From: a virus
Taxonomy: Duplodnaviria; Caudoviricetes
Length of the DNA: 52,934 nucleotides
IMG/VR virus record: IMGVR_UViG_3300011126_000153
Coordinates: 1 to 52,934 of that record
Direction: 5' to 3' (one strand)
In this document: positions 37,985 to 45,015 of the stretch, in pieces
How positions within the stretch are numbered: position 1 is the stretch's first letter
How the letters are laid out: every line of letters starts with the position of its first letter
Program-made: the position numbers and the translations under genes
Notes under the pieces: model-generated
The model's database searches: none
The model's input: the letters and a program-made list of their open reading frames with translations, nothing else
Told to the model about the DNA's origin: nothing

Positions 37985-38054
37985 ACAATAACTCAGGTTA
38001 TACTAAAAGTCAATTAAATATTTATTTGACTTTTAATGTAGATTCGTATATAAC
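37985..38054. promoter_or_regulatory. Divergent promoters built on a 32-bp near-perfect palindrome (38004-38035)
   Basis: TAAAAGTCAATTAAATATTTATTTGACTTTTA; minus TTGACT-N17-TATTGT, plus TTGACT-N17-TATAAC. Confidence 0.75.
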
Positions 38055-38083
38055 TATGTAATAAATTAAATCAATATAGAGCT

Positions 38084-38326
38084 ATGACAACAAAACAAAA
38101 GGCTATCAGAGGAAGACCTCCGTTAAATGAACCAAAACAATCTGTTTATATAAAAATAGATAAAGGTTTGCATAGGCAAGTTAAGGTGTATTGTGCGAAC
38201 AATGATAAAAAGATGGCTTTTGTAGTAAACGAAGCCTTAAAATCTTTTTTTAAAAATTCAGTGCAGGAATACATTGAAAACAAAATGCACGTATATATAG
38301 GTGATGAGAGTAAACAAGAGGATTAA
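38084..38326 (+). CDS. Ribbon-helix-helix regulator
   Basis: RGRPP..QSVYIKIDKGLHRQVKVYCANNDKKMAFVVNEALKSF. Confidence 0.85.
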   Translation: MTTKQKAIRGRPPLNEPKQSVYIKIDKGLHRQVKVYCANNDKKMAFVVNEALKSFFKNSVQEYIENKMHVYIGDESKQED

Positions 38327-38329
38327 ACT

Positions 38330-38515
38330 ATGAACTTAAAACAAGAACTACAGCTTTTAAGCACAAAACTAAAAGGAGTAATGAAATCTGTTGGTGGTAT
38401 TGAAAACGAGGAATACGTTAATCAAGATAAGATAATAAATACACAAGGTGATATTAAGTCTTTAGTTGAGCAATTAATGGACTTATCAGGTGAACTTGAG
38501 GATAGAGGTTTATGA
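38330..38515 (+). CDS. Small helical hypothetical protein
   Basis: GAGG RBS; ATGA overlap. Confidence 0.65.
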   Translation: MNLKQELQLLSTKLKGVMKSVGGIENEEYVNQDKIINTQGDIKSLVEQLMDLSGELEDRGL

Positions 38516-38889
38516 TAGAAGACGATCAAATATTCACAAAAGAACAGTTATTGAAAGTAACGGAATTAGCTGAATTATTTCCGAGTGAGAAGGTAGCTCA
38601 CGATTTTGGAATTAAGGCTGGTAGATTTGTGAAGTTAAGAAGAGAACAACCAGAATTAAATGAAGCTTATAATAAAGGCGCTAAAATCAGAGCGTTAAGG
38701 AGAATAGCTGATAAAGCTGCTGGTAGAACTGGAGCTAAAACTAAACTTATAAAAATGCCGGAATATATAGTTCCTATAGAGCTTAATTCAGAAAACGATG
38801 CTTGGGCTGGTTTTAAAAAGAAATTTCAAGAAAATAAGGAAAGAGAGCTAAAGAAAGAATTGAATGAGATAAGGAATATATTATTATGA
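38512..38889 (+). CDS. HTH protein, TerS-N-terminus-like
   Basis: EKVAHDFGIKAGRFVKLRREQPELNEAYNKG. Confidence 0.55.
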   Translation: MIEDDQIFTKEQLLKVTELAELFPSEKVAHDFGIKAGRFVKLRREQPELNEAYNKGAKIRALRRIADKAAGRTGAKTKLIKMPEYIVPIELNSENDAWAGFKKKFQENKERELKKELNEIRNILL

Positions 38890-38976
38890 AGGAACAAAAC
38901 GAACTAGAGTTTAATATCAATTATCATTATGCGCATACTAATTGCAATACCATGATGTTAGCTTTCATGCATAGAT

Positions 38977-39000
38977 TCCAGAAAACGGCCGTTTTCTGGA
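38977..39000. repeat. Perfect 24-bp palindrome without spacer
   Basis: TCCAGAAAACGGCCGTTTTCTGGA. Confidence 0.9.
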
Positions 39001-39130
39001 CATGCTGATAATATGTTCGAAAACGCCTATAATTCGCTAGTTAACTCATTCCATTTATCTAAACAAGTTTAACCCCTCGGTTTTATCTTTTTAGATGAAT
39101 ATATATAATAAACAAAACAGGAGAAAAGTT

Positions 39131-39475
39131 ATGACTGAAGAAAACAACAAAGATTATGAAAAATTATATCAGTTTATGCTTGAAAATAATCTTATAAATT
39201 ATAAGGGTTCGGCCTCATGGTTTTTAACAAAGATCAGAGATCACGATAAACCAAAGGATGAAAAATATAAAATGATGTTCGATTGTATAGAGAAAATCGT
39301 AATAAACAAGGTTAAGATGAGTGATAAAGACAATGTATTTGATGTATTGGGTATGCTTCAAGGATTAATTGATATAGTTGAACCAATCTTTGACGATAAT
39401 AATAAAATTATAGGATATGGAATTTATGACAAGGAATATAGTAAAATTATAAATGATATTATGAGCATCTGCTAA
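39131..39475 (+). CDS. Hypothetical protein
   Basis: AAACAGGAGA..TTATGACTGAA start block shared with 39497. Confidence 0.7.
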   Translation: MTEENNKDYEKLYQFMLENNLINYKGSASWFLTKIRDHDKPKDEKYKMMFDCIEKIVINKVKMSDKDNVFDVLGMLQGLIDIVEPIFDDNNKIIGYGIYDKEYSKIINDIMSIC

Positions 39476-39496
39476 CAAATAAACAGGAGAGAAATT

Positions 39497-39727
39497 ATGA
39501 CTGAATACAAAATTTTAAATGAGGAAAGGGTGAAAAATACGAAGGAACATGGCATTTTAATGGAGGAAAGAAGAAAAAATATGACTAAAGAAGACGACGA
39601 ATCAATGAAAGAAACATTACATTTACAATCTATACAAAGGGCATTAGATATATTCAATAAACATAACATAGATCCTTTGAAAGAGTGGATTCTTTGTGAT
39701 GAAGTTTTGGGAGAAGACAATACTTGA
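39497..39727 (+). CDS. Hypothetical protein ending in VLGEDNT
   Basis: AGGAG RBS. Confidence 0.7.
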   Translation: MTEYKILNEERVKNTKEHGILMEERRKNMTKEDDESMKETLHLQSIQRALDIFNKHNIDPLKEWILCDEVLGEDNT

Positions 39728-39757
39728 TTAGCCAAGTTGTTAATTAAGTAATATAAA

Positions 39758-39802
39758 AACATGCGCTGAGTCCATTGGTATAAAAAGGATGCAGCGCATG
39801 TT
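39758..39802. terminator. Long hairpin upstream of the membrane-protein pair
   Basis: AACATGCGCTG...CAGCGCATGTT with inner GTCC/GGAT. Confidence 0.55.
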
Positions 39803-39825
39803 GTGTTAATTGTTGGAGGTAGACG

Positions 39826-39993
39826 ATGTTAAAAGTTTTTATAGATGTTTTATTAATATGGGTTGTTGTAAGCGAATTGGAACATTTTAGTGTGATATCT
39901 ACAGATAATCACTATATCAATATAATTTGTGGTTGTGTGGGTATGGGTTTAGTAATGGTATTTAGCTACATGAAAAAAAGTAAAAAGAAGTAG
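39826..39993 (+). CDS. 55-aa protein with two hydrophobic segments and a basic tail (holin-like; not in track)
   Basis: GGAGG RBS; MLKVFIDVLLIWVVVSELEHFSVISTDNHYINIICGCVGMGLVMVFSYMKKSKKK; paralogue of 40001. Confidence 0.65.
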   Translation: MLKVFIDVLLIWVVVSELEHFSVISTDNHYINIICGCVGMGLVMVFSYMKKSKKK

Positions 39994-40000
39994 GTAGAAG

Positions 40001-40333
40001 ATGTTAAGATGGTTGATAAATGTTTTATGCGTAATTTTGGTGGTTAAAGGACTTGAATATTTTGATGTGTTATCTGTAGATTATCACTATATCAGTATAA
40101 TTTGTGGGTATATGTATTTGGATTTATCAAGCGATATAGACAAAGTAATAAAAACTCAACAAGAAAAACTGGATGAAATAATAAAAGCTCAAGGAGAATT
40201 AAAAGAATCTCAAGGAGAATTAAAAAAAGAGTCTTGGGAAGAGAGAAGATTGGCTGTTAAACATTTAGCAAAGTTTATTAAGTATGAACATAAAACAATA
40301 TTGGAAGAAATAAGAGGGGAATATAAAAAATAG
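40001..40333 (+). CDS. Membrane protein with coiled-coil tail; paralogue of 39826
   Basis: Shared LExF.V.S.D.HYI.IICG. Confidence 0.7.
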   Translation: MLRWLINVLCVILVVKGLEYFDVLSVDYHYISIICGYMYLDLSSDIDKVIKTQQEKLDEIIKAQGELKESQGELKKESWEERRLAVKHLAKFIKYEHKTILEEIRGEYKK

Positions 40334-40428
40334 GCAAAGAATAGATTGCTAGGATTAAGACTTTGTAAAAATCAACAAAAACTAAGTTTTTAACGATCGT
40401 ACACCAAAATTAGTGATATTTAAGTGAC

Positions 40429-40456
40429 ACTTTCCATAATCAACATTATGACGCTA
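40429..40456 (-). other. dif-like XerC/XerD recombination site
   Basis: Minus strand TAGCGTCATAA-TGTTGA-TTATGGAAAGT: 11-6-11 layout with CATAA/TTATG inner dyad. Confidence 0.75.
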
Positions 40457-40511
40457 ATTTTGGGCGAGAGTTTTCTTAATGAAATTTAGTGGGATTTAAA
40501 AAATATAATTG

Positions 40512-40545
40512 GTCGGCTTAGAAGAACTTAATCTTCTAAGTCGAT
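40512..40545. terminator. 14-bp hairpin
   Basis: GTCGGCTTAGAAGA-ACTTAA-TCTTCTAAGTCGAT. Confidence 0.6.
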
Positions 40546-40549
40546 AAAA

Positions 40550-40664
40550 GGAAATAAATGCATTCAGCGAAAGCGGAAACTACTATGAAAAAGCTTTCGC
40601 TAATACATCTAATTAAGCGTAGTAATCAATCAATTAAATATTAAAAGAAAATTCTTAATTAGGT
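40550..40664 (-). ncRNA. Candidate sRNA A (ends approximate)
   Basis: Promoter TTGCAC-N17-TAGTGT; stem CUAAUUAAG/CUUAAUUAG, loop UUGAUUACU, second stem AGCGAAAGC/GCUUUCGCU. Confidence 0.5.
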
Positions 40665-40702
40665 AAATATACACTACACTAGAAAGTAGATCGGTGCAAT
40701 GT

Positions 40703-40820
40703 ATAATTTAGCGGGATCAAAAATGATTGCAAAAGACCTAAAAAACCCCGCTAAATACCCAATTAAAATCAATATAGAAAGTAATCAACTAAATAGAAAT
40801 ACGAAAAATCTTAATCAGGC
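40703..40820 (-). ncRNA. Candidate sRNA B, paralogue of A (ends approximate)
   Basis: Promoter TTGCAA-N17-TAGTTT; stem CCUGAUUAAGAUU/GAUUUUAAUUGGG, loop UUGAUUACU, second stem UUUAGCGGG/CCCGCUAAA. Confidence 0.5.
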
Positions 40821-40872
40821 AATGGAAAACTACTATAAAACATTGCCGGTTGCAATTAAAAAACATTTAGAC

Positions 40873-40935
40873 TGAAATAAGGAGATCTTTTTGACTCCTT
40901 ATTTCAATCTACTCGTCATTTTGAAATAAGGAGAT
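40873..40935. repeat. Triple 12-bp element (direct-inverted-direct)
   Basis: TGAAATAAGGAG at 40873 and 40922; its complement CTCCTTATTTCA at 40895. Confidence 0.85.
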
Positions 40936-40946
40936 AGTGAACAAAG

Positions 40947-41261
40947 TTATCCTAACTCTAGTGCAGCCATAACATCATCCTCACCCCAGCCAAGAGTTTT
41001 TGCATAATCTTCTATTGTTAACCCAATTATAGGAAGCTCTGTATCTGGCATTATTGCTGGTGTAAAGCCGTAATCTTCATGATTGCTATATTGCAGAGTA
41101 ACATGATCAATATAACTAGAAACTATTTGGTTTAATCCTTTGATATCATGTTTATTAAGAAGATCTATAATAACAGGACATAAATCATTAATTCGTGCTT
41201 CTAATTCAGGGAAGTCATATATAGTATCTTCTTGTGAATCTTCTTGGGCGTCTTTTTCCAT
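40947..41261 (-). CDS. Acidic hypothetical protein
   Basis: AAGG RBS; stand-alone ORF. Confidence 0.65.
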   Translation of the reverse strand: MEKDAQEDSQEDTIYDFPELEARINDLCPVIIDLLNKHDIKGLNQIVSSYIDHVTLQYSNHEDYGFTPAIMPDTELPIIGLTIEDYAKTLGWGEDDVMAALELG

Positions 41262-41562
41262 TTTTTTTCCTTAAATATAATTAATATAATGCGTAAATAT
41301 TAAATATTATTCGCATAATTGTATTATAATATAAAATTATATAAATAGCAACGTGTTAGTATTACCAGTGTAACTAGCGGAATTTATTTTTTTCAATCCC
41401 TTTGTCTATATAGGTTTGAGAGGTGTTTAGAAAATCGTTTAATACTATATAACTTCTAATAAGTTAGATAGCAACCTAATCAAGGTTTAGCATAAATTTC
41501 TCACGTCTTTAATAGGTATGATAAAATAAATTACAAGCAAATCAATTAAACGGAGAGCTGTA

Positions 41563-42066
41563 ATGACTAAAGGATTTTTAACAGACTATAACAATCGTAT
41601 ATTTTCTCATATTAAAACTACGGATATAGCCAAAAATAAACAAGGATCTCCTTTGGATAACCACTCATTAAGAGATAAGCAAGAAGAGCTTATCAAAGAA
41701 CAAGAGGTATCTATAAGAGAAAGACAACAGAATATAAATCTAGCAACAGTCGAACAAAATAACTTAATGAGAGAGAGAGAAGAGTCTATCAAGGCTCAAG
41801 AAGAGGCTCTTGAGATTAGACAGCAGAATATAATCCGCATAGCATCTGAGTGTGATTTGGAAAGGGAGGCTTTGGTATTATTGGTGATTGAACAAGCTCA
41901 AGAAAGAGATTGGTTAAATGAAGTTAAGAGATTACAGGAAGAAGAAAGAGAGCGATTAGCTATAGTAATAAATGAAGAAGAAGCTAATCTTTATAATATA
42001 GCTTTAGAACCTAATATAGAAAACGATTATGTAGTACCTGTCTTAGGAGAGGATAATGAATTTTAG
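41563..42066 (+). CDS. Glu-rich coiled-coil protein ending in VLGEDNEF
   Basis: Own extended -10 (41519) and GGAG RBS. Confidence 0.75.
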   Translation: MTKGFLTDYNNRIFSHIKTTDIAKNKQGSPLDNHSLRDKQEELIKEQEVSIRERQQNINLATVEQNNLMREREESIKAQEEALEIRQQNIIRIASECDLEREALVLLVIEQAQERDWLNEVKRLQEEERERLAIVINEEEANLYNIALEPNIENDYVVPVLGEDNEF

Positions 42067-42134
42067 ATTTATCTAGAAAATCGAAAAAACGTGATAAAAT
42101 ATAGAATTACATTAAAAAGAATAGGTTAAAGACT

Positions 42135-42854
42135 ATGGTTAACAATAAATTCGTTGCTTTTGTTACATTAAGCTTATTGATAGCAATTAATTATGCATCA
42201 ATATCATGCGCAGAACCTAAGCAAAACCAATATTATATAAAGATGGTAAATACACTCTCTAATATATCGGGTATTAAAGCAAATGAGCCTGATTTAAATT
42301 TCAAATTAACGCAGGGGTCAAAGCTGTCTCCATCTATTGGTTTGGGTTTTGGTTATTATATTAATGATAGATTTAGAGTTGATACTATATTTGAGTTAGC
42401 AAGATTTAATTTCGACAAAGAATCCTCCGGCTTCGAATGTAATAACGGAATTTCTACATCAGTAGGGACTAAATCCATGCAACGTAAGAGTAGCAGTAAA
42501 TCTATAATGTTCAATGGTTATGCAGATCTAGCAGAGAGGAACGGACATAAAATATTTATAGGTGCAGGTGTCGGAGCTATAAGAATATCAGAGAAAATAA
42601 CTCATACTTTGTCAGGAACTACTTTATCACCTCTTGGCGCTCATACCTTTCCTTTGCTAACTGAAAATAATACTAACAAAGTGAGAAACAAGTTAGCTTA
42701 TTCATTGATGTTAGGTAGTAGCTTTAAGGTGTATCCTCAAATAAATATTGAGCTAATGTATAGTTGGAAAAATCTAGGTAAAGTTAAATGCTCGAATTTT
42801 AATAGCCAATATAAAGGTCATCATTTTTCTATTGGATCACGCTTTGATATTTAA
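42135..42854 (+). CDS. Outer-membrane beta-barrel protein (opacity/OmpA-TM-like; Rickettsiales surface antigen type)
   Basis: Signal peptide; GLGFGYYINDRFRVD, MFNGYADL, FIGAGVG, IELMYSWKNLG, C-terminal GSRFDI. Confidence 0.9.
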   Translation: MVNNKFVAFVTLSLLIAINYASISCAEPKQNQYYIKMVNTLSNISGIKANEPDLNFKLTQGSKLSPSIGLGFGYYINDRFRVDTIFELARFNFDKESSGFECNNGISTSVGTKSMQRKSSSKSIMFNGYADLAERNGHKIFIGAGVGAIRISEKITHTLSGTTLSPLGAHTFPLLTENNTNKVRNKLAYSLMLGSSFKVYPQINIELMYSWKNLGKVKCSNFNSQYKGHHFSIGSRFDI

Positions 42855-42869
42855 CTAGTAGTTAAGGGA

Positions 42870-44492
42870 ATGACTAACAATACCAATAAAAAGTTATCTG
42901 ATCTTGAAGTAGATACATTAGAAAGTCATGCAAATGCATTGATGGCGGAGATATCGTTATATGAGTTCTTAAAGCAGGCATGGCCTAATATAGTAGGTGA
43001 TCAGGAATTTATTGGAGGGAAGCACATAGAGGTGATTTGTGAGCATTTAGAGCTTGTAGCTAGCCGCAAGATAAAAAAATTACTTATTAATCTCCCTCCT
43101 AGATTCTCTAAATCAACATTGATTTCTGTAGCCTTTCCCGCTTGGGTTTGGTTACGTAATCCTTCTGAGAGATTTTTATGCTCTAGTTACGCTTTGCAAT
43201 TAGCTCATCGTGATTCTAGGTTTTGTCGTACTCTTATGCAGTCTCCATGGTATAAGAAACACTGGAAAGCTCGTTTTTCATTATTAAAAGATCAGAATAC
43301 CAAGGGAAGATTTGATAATACACATAGGGGGTCTCGTATAGCTACTTCTTCCAAGAGTGCAGCCACTGGAGAGGGTGGCTCTATTTTGATAAGTGATGAT
43401 GCTAATAATATCAAAGATGGACAATCGAAGGTAGATAGAGAGGGGCGAATAAATTGGTGGTCGCAGGTTTGGTCTACTAGATTAAATAACAAGAAAAATG
43501 ACTGCATGATTGTTGTTCAACAAAGATCACATGAACGAGATATCTCGGGCTATATTATGGATAATGATGTAAGTGATTCTTGGGTTAAATTAATTATGCC
43601 TATGGAGTTTGAGCTAAATAGAAAGGCTAAAACAGTAGTATTGCCATCTACCAACGGTAAAGTATGGGAGGATTGGAGAACAGAAGAAGGAGAACTACTT
43701 TGTCCAGAGCGTTTTGGTGCTAAAGAAGTTGAGCAAACAAAAGAGGATTTAGGCAGTTATGGTTATGCAGGACAATATCAACAACGTCCTTCACCAGCAA
43801 AAGGCTGTATAATTCAGAAGGAATGGTTTAGATGGTGGAAAGATTCAACTCCTCCACAAATTGATTTTGTTGTTCAGAGTTGGGATACAGCTCTTACTAC
43901 AAAGAAAATTACACAGGAAGCTGGGGGTGGAATAACATCTTATTCGGCCTGTACTACATGGGGAGTATTCAATGATGAGAATAATATACCTAACGTTATT
44001 TTATTATCTATGTGGAGAGGAAGGGAGGAATATCCGGAGGTTAGAGAAAGAACTAAACGTTTATACTTTGATTATAGGGATACGGGAAAAGAAAGAGAAC
44101 CTAGATTTAAAGGTAAAAATGTAGATATGTGCCTTATTGAATCTAAGGCCTCAGGATCTCCTTTAATTCAAGATTTAATATTAGCGGGAGTTCAAGCTAT
44201 GCCTTTTGATCCTAAAAAACATGGTGATAAAGAGGGAAGGGTGCGTTTAATTACTCCTTTAATAGAAGGTGGTAGGGTGTGGCTTCCTGCTAGAGCGCCT
44301 AAATTCACTGCTTTATTACCATTTGCAGATGAGTTTTTAGAGGCAGTCTCTGGTTTTCCTAACGCTGAGTCTAAAGATATAGTAGATACTATGTCTCAAG
44401 CTTTCCTGAAATTAAAATACGGTTATTTTATCTCAAGTCCAAAGGACGAAAGGCATTCACAACCTTATGTAAAAGAGGTGAATCTCTACTAA
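42870..44492 (+). CDS. terL: Terminase large subunit
   Basis: LLINLPPRFSKS Walker A, TGEGGSILISDD, GQYQQRP, QSWDTA, IESKASG, FPNAESKDIVD. Confidence 0.95.
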   Translation: MTNNTNKKLSDLEVDTLESHANALMAEISLYEFLKQAWPNIVGDQEFIGGKHIEVICEHLELVASRKIKKLLINLPPRFSKSTLISVAFPAWVWLRNPSERFLCSSYALQLAHRDSRFCRTLMQSPWYKKHWKARFSLLKDQNTKGRFDNTHRGSRIATSSKSAATGEGGSILISDDANNIKDGQSKVDREGRINWWSQVWSTRLNNKKNDCMIVVQQRSHERDISGYIMDNDVSDSWVKLIMPMEFELNRKAKTVVLPSTNGKVWEDWRTEEGELLCPERFGAKEVEQTKEDLGSYGYAGQYQQRPSPAKGCIIQKEWFRWWKDSTPPQIDFVVQSWDTALTTKKITQEAGGGITSYSACTTWGVFNDENNIPNVILLSMWRGREEYPEVRERTKRLYFDYRDTGKEREPRFKGKNVDMCLIESKASGSPLIQDLILAGVQAMPFDPKKHGDKEGRVRLITPLIEGGRVWLPARAPKFTALLPFADEFLEAVSGFPNAESKDIVDTMSQAFLKLKYGYFISSPKDERHSQPYVKEVNLY

Positions 44493-44541
44493 TATACTTG
44501 AAAAACAACTGGTTAAAGGAGTTTTTTAACAACAATAAAAT

Positions 44542-44883
44542 CTAATAAGAAAAATTATTCGCAATAAATTCATTCAATAATCTGTCAACTTCTTCAGCGG
44601 AAGTTTTTGTCTTACTATCAATACTCAAGAGTGGCATTTTATTATCCATGAATACTTTGTCTATATCAGTAGCTTTTGATGCACTCGTTACAAGGAAAAC
44701 AACATGAATTTTCTTATCTATATTACTTTCTCTTGGTAGTTGAAAAAGACTACCTCCCTGTTCGCGATGTTCACAAATTATTATTTCGGGAAATACAAGA
44801 ATATGTTCATCATCTTGAGCTATAACACTGTGTTTTCCTAGCTTTTTTATAGTTTGAAGAAATTTCTCAAGAATCTTAGACAT
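44542..44883 (-). CDS. Hypothetical protein inserted antisense between terminase and portal (moron-like)
   Basis: ORF of about 113 aa filling the gap. Confidence 0.6.
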   Translation of the reverse strand: MSKILEKFLQTIKKLGKHSVIAQDDEHILVFPEIIICEHREQGGSLFQLPRESNIDKKIHVVFLVTSASKATDIDKVFMDNKMPLLSIDSKTKTSAEEVDRLLNEFIANNFSY

Positions 44884-44934
44884 ATGATACAATCTTATTA
44901 ATATGAAATATATATACTACAAATAATAGATATC

Positions 44935-44980
44935 TACCAGCTAATATTGAAGTTTTGATACGCATAAATATTAGCTGGTA
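44935..44980. promoter_or_regulatory. 14-bp perfect inverted repeat in the portal leader
   Basis: TACCAGCTAATATT-18nt-AATATTAGCTGGTA downstream of TGATACAAT (44885). Confidence 0.65.
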
Positions 44981-45015
44981 TTCGCTCAATAAAAACATGA
45001 GATGATTCATAATAT

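Noticed and set aside
38977-39000. Protelomerase telRL site
   Set aside because: No protelomerase-like ORF recognised and the palindrome is short; kept only as an unexplained dyad
40699-40875. 58-aa plus-strand ORF
   Set aside because: No clear RBS, the paralogous upstream unit does not keep the frame, and G-U pairing favours a minus-strand RNA
41308-41334. Second dif-like sequence TATTCGCATAA-TTGTA-TTATAAT
   Set aside because: The spacer is 5 bp and the right arm lacks TTATG; likely chance in AT-rich promoter DNA
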